Source of the DNA: a virus | Taxonomy: Duplodnaviria; Caudoviricetes | DNA length: 52,482 nt | IMG/VR virus record: IMGVR_UViG_3300005253_000354 | Span: 1 to 52,482 of that record | Reading direction: 5' to 3' (one strand) | Shown here: piece after piece, positions 45,629 to 52,482 of the stretch | Layout of the letters: every line of letters begins with the position of its first letter | Position numbering within the stretch: the stretch's first letter is position 1 | Program-made: the position numbers and the translations under genes | The notes under the pieces: generated by a model | Database searches by the model: none | Told to the model about the DNA's origin: nothing | Seen by the model: the letters and a program-made list of their open reading frames with translations, nothing else

Positions 45629-45928
45629 ATGATTGAGGGCCAAAAACACTGTCTGAACGCCCTACATGGGCTCACCTACCCGGGCGAGACATGCGTACCA
45701 TTCGTGCCGATCCAAGACCTAACAGGCTACGATCGAAGCACAGTTCGGCGCCATGTGAGGGCCTTGGCTCGAAAGGGACTTGCGACCTATCACCGGGGCC
45801 TCTGGACCGAGGACGGCGAGCCGGCGGGTGCTGGATACTGCATCACAAAGACCGGGATAGAGACCGTCGAGGCCCTTGAGTCCCCCAACTGCACCACCGA
45901 AGCGCCCACCCCGGCGCCTGAAAAGTAA
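45629..45928 (+). CDS. Winged-helix protein
   Basis: TGYDRSTVRRHVRALARKGL..GYCITKTG. Confidence 0.7.
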   Translation: MIEGQKHCLNALHGLTYPGETCVPFVPIQDLTGYDRSTVRRHVRALARKGLATYHRGLWTEDGEPAGAGYCITKTGIETVEALESPNCTTEAPTPAPEK

Positions 45929-46101
45929 GGTCGAGATGAGTTTCGCACACCCCGTTTTTAGCCCCCCGAGCACCAGAACCGTGCCTGGTGATATAATGCG
46001 ACAGCCTTACGGGGCAGCGCGGCGTGCGGAACTGTGGTGCAAAACCCCGATTCCGGCTATGCCGCGGAAACCCATGGAGAAAAGTACAGGGGGGAATCGC
46101 G

Positions 46102-46740
46102 ATGCTGATCGGATATGCACGGGTCTCGACCGAAGACCAGAACCTCAATCTACAGCGGGACGCCCTCAAAAAACACGGCGTCGAACCGGATCAAATTTAC
46201 GAGGAACATATCTCCGGCACCAAGGCCAACCGGCCCGAGTTGATGGCCTGCCTGCGGGCGCTGCGGGAGGCCGACGTGTTGGTGGTCTGGCGGCTGGATC
46301 GCCTGGGGCGCTCGCTGCCGGACCTGATCAAGATCATCAACGACCTGAGCGAGCGCAAGATCGGCTTCAAGAGCCTGACCGAGGAGATCGACACCACCAC
46401 GGCCGGCGGCAGGCTGATCTTCCACGTCTTCGGGGCCGTGGCGCAGTTCGAGCGGGATCTGGTGTCCGAGCGCACCAAGGCGGGCCTCAAGGCCGCCAGG
46501 GACCGCGGCAAGCGCGGGGGCCGGCCGGCGAAGCTCAAAGCCAAAGACGTGCGGATGATAAAGCAGCTCCTCAAGGACAAGACCGTCACCAAGGGCGATA
46601 TCGCCAAGCGGTTCGGCGTGAGCCGCGCCACGGTCCACCGAGAGCTTTTGAAGAACCGGAAGGACACCGAGGCCAAGGAACTGGATCGGCTTCTCAAGGC
46701 CCAGAAGCGGGCCGCGAAGGCGGGAAAACAGAAGGAATGA
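46102..46740 (+). CDS. Serine recombinase (resolvase/invertase family)
   Basis: MLIGYARVSTEDQ, VWRLDRLGRS, IDTTTAGGRLIF, ERTKAGL..GGRP, C-terminal HTH. Confidence 0.96.
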   Translation: MLIGYARVSTEDQNLNLQRDALKKHGVEPDQIYEEHISGTKANRPELMACLRALREADVLVVWRLDRLGRSLPDLIKIINDLSERKIGFKSLTEEIDTTTAGGRLIFHVFGAVAQFERDLVSERTKAGLKAARDRGKRGGRPAKLKAKDVRMIKQLLKDKTVTKGDIAKRFGVSRATVHRELLKNRKDTEAKELDRLLKAQKRAAKAGKQKE

Positions 46741-46744
46741 GGCT

Positions 46745-46930
46745 ATGCCCCTGACAGCAGAACAGACAGTCGATGATCTCGCCAACGCGATAGCTGGGCT
46801 GGGTATGGAACTGACCGATGTGGAAATTTTGGCCGAGGCGGTCGAGGAACTAGGCTCGGTCAAAGCTGTGGAAGCGGAGATGCAGCGGCTTGCCGGTGTG
46901 ATCTTGCGGGCGTTTCCGGTGAAACACTAA
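46745..46930 (+). CDS. Hypothetical protein
   Basis: GAGG RBS, follows the recombinase. Confidence 0.55.
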   Translation: MPLTAEQTVDDLANAIAGLGMELTDVEILAEAVEELGSVKAVEAEMQRLAGVILRAFPVKH

Positions 46931-46939
46931 CGAGCTATT

Positions 46940-47350
46940 ATGGCCCGTTTTGATGACATCTCTATCGGCGCCCAACTCATGCGTACATACACGATGCGCG
47001 GATGGCGTGGCGGCATTGATGATACCAGCGGGCCGCCGACCGATCTGTCTCAACAAACTTGGTATTACATCGTGACCGATCTTTGGTTTGATCCCGTCAA
47101 AGGCGATACCAACCCGAAGAAAGGGCAGATGGTCGGCGTGCGGCGCCTTAACGGTCACGGTGAAGCCTTTGGGCGCAAGCAAGGACACACTCGGCGGGGT
47201 CTTGCCTCAAACGGATTTCACTACGCCGACCGAGATTACATCTCCGAATGCAAAGCCTTCCTTGCAGCGAAGGAGGAAGGCAAAGTCGTTGGCATCGGGA
47301 TGGGTCTGGTTCTTCGCCAGCGTCCAAAACTGCCGGGGCACAGATTGTAA
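46940..47350 (+). CDS. Hypothetical protein
   Basis: Lower-GC ORF with WYYIVTDLWFDP. Confidence 0.65.
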   Translation: MARFDDISIGAQLMRTYTMRGWRGGIDDTSGPPTDLSQQTWYYIVTDLWFDPVKGDTNPKKGQMVGVRRLNGHGEAFGRKQGHTRRGLASNGFHYADRDYISECKAFLAAKEEGKVVGIGMGLVLRQRPKLPGHRL

Positions 47351-47386
47351 TTGGAAAGTGCGAAATAGAGCGCAAGGAGCTACAGC

Positions 47387-47590
47387 ATGAGCCTTTGGAA
47401 AGCGATCTTGAAGTGCAGCGATTGCGGTCAGACGCTCAACACGGCCGAGCATGTGCCGAAGGATCAAAAGGGTCGAGTAGCGATGTCGAGCGGGTTCGCC
47501 GCCGGCTCTTGCCCAAGAGGCTGTCGTGCAACCTTCTCCGATTTGAATCTCAATACCGACCTAGAATGGGTCGAGGAAGCCGGCGCATAA
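47387..47590 (+). CDS. Zn-ribbon protein
   Basis: CSDC..CPRGC; AAGGAG RBS. Confidence 0.6.
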   Translation: MSLWKAILKCSDCGQTLNTAEHVPKDQKGRVAMSSGFAAGSCPRGCRATFSDLNLNTDLEWVEEAGA

Positions 47591-47607
47591 AGGAGGCCTT
47601 CCGCCCC

Positions 47608-48579
47608 ATGACCGCACCCGCCGAAACCCCCGACATCGACGCCCTCGCGCGCAGGATCGGCGCCGCCTGGCGGCGCGGGGTCGAGGCGATCCTGGAGACC
47701 GGCGGGCTGATGGCGCAAGCGCGCGAGGACTTGGGCGACGACGATTGGGCGGCGTTCATCGTGCGGCTGCCCTTCGGGCCGCGCTACGCCCGGATGCTGG
47801 TGCGGATTGGGGCCGATTCGCGACTAGGGAAACACGTTTCCCTGCTGCCGACCGATACGCTCATCATCTACAACATCACCCAACTCTCCGACCAGAGATT
47901 CGACGAGCTCAAGGCTGCCGACGCGATCCACCCGGGCATGGCGCGGGGCGATCTCGACACATTATCGAAGGCGGACGCGCGGGCCGACAAAGAGCGCGAT
48001 TTGGGCGCGCGCACGGCGGCGGGCAACGCGGAGCTCGCCGAGCGCGGATCCTGGCGCAAGTACAACGTGATTTATGCGGATCCGGCCTGGCGCTTCGAGA
48101 CATACAGCGCCAAGGGCAAGCGCAAGTCGGCGGATAATCACTATCCAACCATGTCCACTGACGAGATCGGCGCGCTCGAGGTAGGCGGCTTGGCGGCTGC
48201 GGACTGTGCGCTGTTCCTCTGGGCGACCGTGCCCCTGCTGGTCGAGGCCGGCATGACGCTGGCCGCCTGGGGCTTCCGCTACAAGAGCCACTTCGTGTGG
48301 GTCAAGGACAAGGCCGGGACCGGCTACTGGAACCGCAACCGCCACGAGCTCCTGCTGGTCGGGACGCGCGGGGCGATCCCGGCGCCGGCGCCCGGCACTC
48401 AGGTCGACAGCGTGCTCGAAACCGCGCCGGGCGAGGTCCTGGCGCACAGCCAGAAGCCGCAGTCCGCGTGCGCCATGATCGAGGCCTATTACCCGAGCTG
48501 CCCCAAGATCGAGCTATTTGCCCGGCCGCCGGCCGCCGACGGTTGGGACCTTTGGGGGAACGAGGCACCAGCGCCATGA
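47608..48579 (+). CDS. MT-A70 family adenine methyltransferase with N-terminal helical domain
   Basis: IYADPAW, HYPTM, LFLW, WGFRYK, HELLLVG, HSQKP, IELFAR, WGNE. Confidence 0.92.
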   Translation: MTAPAETPDIDALARRIGAAWRRGVEAILETGGLMAQAREDLGDDDWAAFIVRLPFGPRYARMLVRIGADSRLGKHVSLLPTDTLIIYNITQLSDQRFDELKAADAIHPGMARGDLDTLSKADARADKERDLGARTAAGNAELAERGSWRKYNVIYADPAWRFETYSAKGKRKSADNHYPTMSTDEIGALEVGGLAAADCALFLWATVPLLVEAGMTLAAWGFRYKSHFVWVKDKAGTGYWNRNRHELLLVGTRGAIPAPAPGTQVDSVLETAPGEVLAHSQKPQSACAMIEAYYPSCPKIELFARPPAADGWDLWGNEAPAP

Positions 48580-48965
48580 CCTGGAAACCCGCCGAATTCG
48601 AGGTCGCGACCGATTTGGGCGCGTGTCTGCGCCGCGGCGAGATCCTGCCGCCCTTCGGCGTTCACGAGGACGATGATGGCTGGCAAATGCCCTGGGTGGT
48701 CACCCACCTGCCGACCGGGTGCATGCTGCCGTGCCGCTTCGTCAACCAGGACGCGGCCAAGCTGGCGGTTTCCGAGATCGCCGGCTTCGGTGACTGGGAC
48801 TTCGACGAGATCGACGCCCGCGCCGCGGCGCTCCAGGCGGTCATGACCCCGACCATCGACGAATGGTGCGCGCGCGGGTTGTGCGAGCGCAGCACGGACG
48901 GGCTAAAGCCCGGGGACCGCGACGTGATCAAGCACCAAGAGCGCTTCAAGGGCGGTGCCTCATGA
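48576..48965 (+). CDS. Hypothetical protein
   Basis: WVVTHLPTG motif; coupled start. Confidence 0.65.
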   Translation: MTWKPAEFEVATDLGACLRRGEILPPFGVHEDDDGWQMPWVVTHLPTGCMLPCRFVNQDAAKLAVSEIAGFGDWDFDEIDARAAALQAVMTPTIDEWCARGLCERSTDGLKPGDRDVIKHQERFKGGAS

Positions 48966-49197
48966 GCACAATGTTATCAGAGAGAAGTGGTCGCTGGGGC
49001 CGGATATCGCTCCGGCGGCATGGGGACAACATGAAAGCCCGGTTGCTGATCACTTCGATCCGGGACGCGTCCCGGATGCAGATCATGTCGGTCCCCGTCG
49101 GGTCTTCACCAGCGGATCCTAATCGGGAATTAAGGGCCCACCGCTGCCCAGCGACCGAGGGTCAAACTAAACGCCGATTCGGAAAAGGTCAACCATC

Positions 49198-50349
49198 GTG
49201 AGCGTCGGCCAGGTCCACCTCTACGTCCGCGATCGCGACTTCCGCGCGCTCGGCAAGGGCAGCCACGCGCTCAAGCAGGTGCTCGAACGGCTCGCCTGGT
49301 TCGCCGACGAGGACGGGATGTCGGTGTTCCCCAAGATGCAGACCATCGCCGACGCGCTCGGCGTGACCAAGCGCGGCGTGCGATTCCGCATGCGCGCCTT
49401 GGAGGAAAAGGGTTTCGTCACCGTGGTCGAGGAGGCGCGTCAGCACCGCCCGCGCGTCTACCGTATCGACGTCGACAAGATCCTCGGGTTGCCGTTGACG
49501 GAGACCGGGCGCAACCGGCTCGCCCGCGAGACCCTGGCGGCGCCGAAGGACCCTGCGGAGCCAGGGGGGAAATCTACGTCATCCGGCGAATCCAGGGGGG
49601 AAAAGTCTGTCGCCCAGGGGGGAAATCTAGGTTACCCAGGGGGGAAATCTACGTCGCCCCATATAGATGAAGAATCACTTCAAGAATCAAAACAAGAATC
49701 ATCCGCGCGCGAGGCCGGGGGCGCTCACGGCCCTGGGGGGGCCGACGCCCCCCCTGCCTGTGCCGTCTGGCGCGACAACCAGGCCGCGCTCGAGGCGCTC
49801 GCCAGCTGGCCGCTGCTCGAGCGCGCCATCCCCGACCATGACGACGGCGAGGTCCTGACGCTTGCGGTCGAGGCGCCAGTGGTCGGCTTCGCCATATTGG
49901 CCTGGGCGGCGCGCGAGGCCGAGGCGGTCCTGGGGCGCCGCCTGGCGTGCCGAGTGCGGCGCTGGGTGCAGCCGTCCTTGATCCAAAGAGGCATTCAAAA
50001 AGTGGGCGCCACCGACGCCAGCGCGCACCGCCGAGACGGCGAGATCGTGACCTTGCAGGACCCGGCCTGGCGGATGTGGCAGGCCAAGGCGACGGAACTC
50101 GGCGCCCCGGAGATCGGCGCCATCACGGCGCTCTGCCTGCCGGACGACCTGGACCAGACCGGCTTGACGCTGTTCGTCGGTTCGGTGGCGATTGCCAACA
50201 TGCTCGCCGAGGACGGCGGCAAGGCGGTCGCCCGGGTGCTGGGCGTGCCGATCCGGACGCGTTTCCTGTGGTGCATGGATATGGTCCTCGACGCGCGCGC
50301 GGCGGCCGACCGCGGCGAAACGGGCCTGCAAGGAAGGGAGGCGATATGA
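49198..50349 (+). CDS. Replication initiator (N-terminal HTH, lambda O-like layout)
   Basis: LAWFADEDG..FPKMQTIA..GV....RALEEKGF; internal iterons. Confidence 0.8.
   Translation: MSVGQVHLYVRDRDFRALGKGSHALKQVLERLAWFADEDGMSVFPKMQTIADALGVTKRGVRFRMRALEEKGFVTVVEEARQHRPRVYRIDVDKILGLPLTETGRNRLARETLAAPKDPAEPGGKSTSSGESRGEKSVAQGGNLGYPGGKSTSPHIDEESLQESKQESSAREAGGAHGPGGADAPPACAVWRDNQAALEALASWPLLERAIPDHDDGEVLTLAVEAPVVGFAILAWAAREAEAVLGRRLACRVRRWVQPSLIQRGIQKVGATDASAHRRDGEIVTLQDPAWRMWQAKATELGAPEIGAITALCLPDDLDQTGLTLFVGSVAIANMLAEDGGKAVARVLGVPIRTRFLWCMDMVLDARAAADRGETGLQGREAI
49561..49702. other. Putative replication origin
   Basis: Four CCAGGGGGGAAA iterons (49561, 49592, 49614, 49636) followed by A-rich AAGAATCA x3. 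Confidence 0.75.
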
Positions 50350-51047
50350 CCGAGACCATCGGCGATACGCTTGGCGGCGTGCCCCTGGACGAGATCGAAA
50401 TCCTGGATTGCCGCTGCGCCGACGGGGCCATCGTCAAAGCCAGGCCGCGGAAGGACCTGCCTTGGCCCGCCGTCTTCATGGGCACGCACCCGGAGCGCGG
50501 CCTGTGCTTCTTCCGGGTGCGGCATCGCGGGGCGGCAAACGGCGGAGCCGGGGCGGTCGAGGTCTGGGAGTGTACCGAGGCGGTGCGCCGCGCCTTGGCA
50601 AGGCGCCGGCAAAGGGCCAACGCGCGGGCCAAGGACGGCGAGGCCCGGCGCCTCCAGAAGCGGCACCGTAAGGTCGAGGTCAAGCCTGGTTTGCCGACCC
50701 CGGAGCGTCGCCGGCACGGGCCGGTCGCCCGCGAGGCGATCCCGAACCTGGAAGACGAGCACGGCGGGTCGCCCAACGTGACCGTGCACCGGGCGCCCGA
50801 CCGGCTCGTTGCCATGCACAAGCGCGGGACGTTGACGAGCGCGCAGCTCGAGGCGGCGGAGCGCTTCCACCGGGCCTTCATCGCCGGGGCGTGCGACCCG
50901 GGGCGCGTCGCCAACCTGCACCGCATTCCCGGCGCTGAGGGCGCCGCCCTGCCCGATGCCATGCTCGATGCCAAGCACGAGGTGTTCGCGATCTATGATC
51001 ACCTCGGCGGGCGCGGCCCGTTTGGCGCCGGGGTGGTGGTGGATGTG
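50346..51047 (+). CDS. Late-regulator-like protein (DUF6456-like), native C-terminus apparently lost at the junction
   Basis: PTPERRRHG..MHKRGTLTSAQLEAAERF..LGG; the reading frame continues to 51341 in foreign DNA. Confidence 0.6.
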
Positions 51048-51109
51048 GGCATAGCCGAGACAGTCGAGGACGCCACTGACTGTGTGGCCACCCCAGACGA
51101 TGGTAACGG

Positions 51110-51709
51110 TTACTTACCTGTGGAGTCGGCTGGTAGGTCGGAGTCTAGCGCGGGAGATGCGAAGGCTATGGCAGCCAGCCCTGCGCCATCCAACGCGCGG
51201 GCAGCATCCGTGATGAACGAATCCCAGGGGCGCAGATCATTGGAGTCTACTGTGGCAGGGTGTCCAACAGGAATGCCGGTGTTAGCTGTACCAGGTGCCG
51301 CGTCCGCTTCCATTGCTTCATCCAATAAGCCAGTCATATAGGCATGGACTATATGGGGTGCAAGGGTGTCTGGCCAGATCGTGGCTGCACGCAGGTAGCG
51401 ATCAGTTGTCAAGTCCATACGTGCAGGGATGGACGCTTCCAGGGTGGCGCGTACCCACTCAACCGGCCCGTTGTATTCAATCACCCGGCGCACTGAGTAG
51501 TGGCCAGCCTCAGCACTACTCATAGCTCGTGTGTCCAGCTTTTGGAATTGTGAATGCGCACGCTGCATGTCATGCTCGGCAAGCAGGGCGTCGCGCAGTG
51601 CAGCATATGCCCTGGGTGAGTCACTGGCATGCAATATAATGTTTCGTTCTTGCAAGTGCCTGACCATATTGCGGGCCAGGCTATCTAGACTGCGTCGGTG
51701 TAAGTTCAT
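51110..51709 (-). CDS. Hypothetical protein (foreign segment)
   Basis: AAGGAG RBS; RVIEYNGP..WV..TL. Confidence 0.6.
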   Translation of the reverse strand: MNLHRRSLDSLARNMVRHLQERNIILHASDSPRAYAALRDALLAEHDMQRAHSQFQKLDTRAMSSAEAGHYSVRRVIEYNGPVEWVRATLEASIPARMDLTTDRYLRAATIWPDTLAPHIVHAYMTGLLDEAMEADAAPGTANTGIPVGHPATVDSNDLRPWDSFITDAARALDGAGLAAIAFASPALDSDLPADSTGK

Positions 51710-51733
51710 TGTTGCTCCTTCCTTATGGCAAGA

Positions 51734-51949
51734 CTACCAATCAGAGTCACGTGAGTTGTCAGGGCCAAACAGGAACCAGTCTGTGTTAGCTCCATAGCGG
51801 GTGTTCCGATGCTTGCCACGTGGCCCACGGTGTTCAGGGCAGCGCGATGTTGTGCCTTGGTAGTTTTTGCTAGGTACGTGCCGGTTAGCGCAGCCAAGCT
51901 TAGCACACTCTACCTCATTGTCTGTGTGTTCATCATGTTCATCGCTCAT
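51734..51949 (-). CDS. Small Cys/His-rich hypothetical protein (foreign segment)
   Basis: Coupled to the upstream gene; CAKLGC..CPEH. Confidence 0.45.
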   Translation of the reverse strand: MSDEHDEHTDNEVECAKLGCANRHVPSKNYQGTTSRCPEHRGPRGKHRNTRYGANTDWFLFGPDNSRDSDW

Positions 51950-52328
51950 CATTGATTGCACCTTCACCATAACAACAGTGCTGCCCCTGCCTGCTAACCT
52001 CACTCAGCTGCCCGCCAATATCCACAATCACCTGCTCCTTACCTTCCACCTCAGCGCGCAGGTTGCGAATTATGATAGCGGGCTCCACCCCACCAGCATT
52101 GTCGTTGGCATAGAACGCGGCCAGTTTAGCAGCGATCTGGTCATGCGCCGCCTGCGCCTCGGTTAGTTGGATGCGGTAGATGTTAGCGGTAGCCCAGCCA
52201 ACAATGGCGCATGGGATTGCTAGCGCCAGCAGGATCAGTGCGAGTTCCAGTTGCCAATATGGCACTACCTTCATAGGCTTGGTGTATATAGCAGGAAGCT
52301 GGTCGTCGTGCTTGTCATCAGGCATCAT
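51939..52328 (-). CDS. Hypothetical membrane protein (foreign segment)
   Basis: AGGAGG RBS; one TM helix. Confidence 0.55.
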   Translation of the reverse strand: MMPDDKHDDQLPAIYTKPMKVVPYWQLELALILLALAIPCAIVGWATANIYRIQLTEAQAAHDQIAAKLAAFYANDNAGGVEPAIIIRNLRAEVEGKEQVIVDIGGQLSEVSRQGQHCCYGEGAINDER

Positions 52329-52482
52329 CAACCTCCTGCACCCTCACCTGACTCTTAGGCATCCACCCCTGCTTGCGACTCCTCACCATCACCGCCCTAG
52401 CCACCACCTCACGTGCCATCTTATCAGTAACCTCACCTGGCCGTTCGATGCCCACCTTTTCAGCACACACAGGCCCATACCC
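52318..52482 (-). CDS. Partial CDS, DUF6011-like C-terminus
   Basis: GYGPVCAEKVG motif at the window edge. Confidence 0.5.
   Translation of the reverse strand, partial: GYGPVCAEKVGIERPGEVTDKMAREVVARAVMVRSRKQGWMPKSQVRVQEVDDA

Overview
Positions ~1-51045 are an almost complete, GC-rich, lambda-like temperate siphovirus genome, probably from an alphaproteobacterial host (inferred from gene families). It is in the excised gene order: packaging, head, tail, lysis, attP/integrase, immunity, early/accessory genes, replication, late regulator. At ~51045 it joins abruptly to lower-GC, opposite-strand DNA. The standout locus is 37093-38945. A stand-alone RAMP/Cas7-like gene is followed by a non-coding array of 8 units, each made of 11-18 pentamers GGY-NN (constant GGY, variable dinucleotide) and closed by GGCACGGAGA plus a short linker, and then by a coupled accessory gene. 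This looks like an RNA-guided system with a non-contiguous guide code, not a CRISPR array. Other notable items: a small-gene cassette array whose junctions share a TCCGTT-type motif, with one cassette duplicated exactly from motif to motif and a serine recombinase nearby; a glycosyl-/methyl-/sulfotransferase cluster inside the head operon; an apparently circularly permuted tail tube protein; a compositionally mosaic fibre gene; and a parS-like site. All family calls come from motif recognition by eye. No searches were run.
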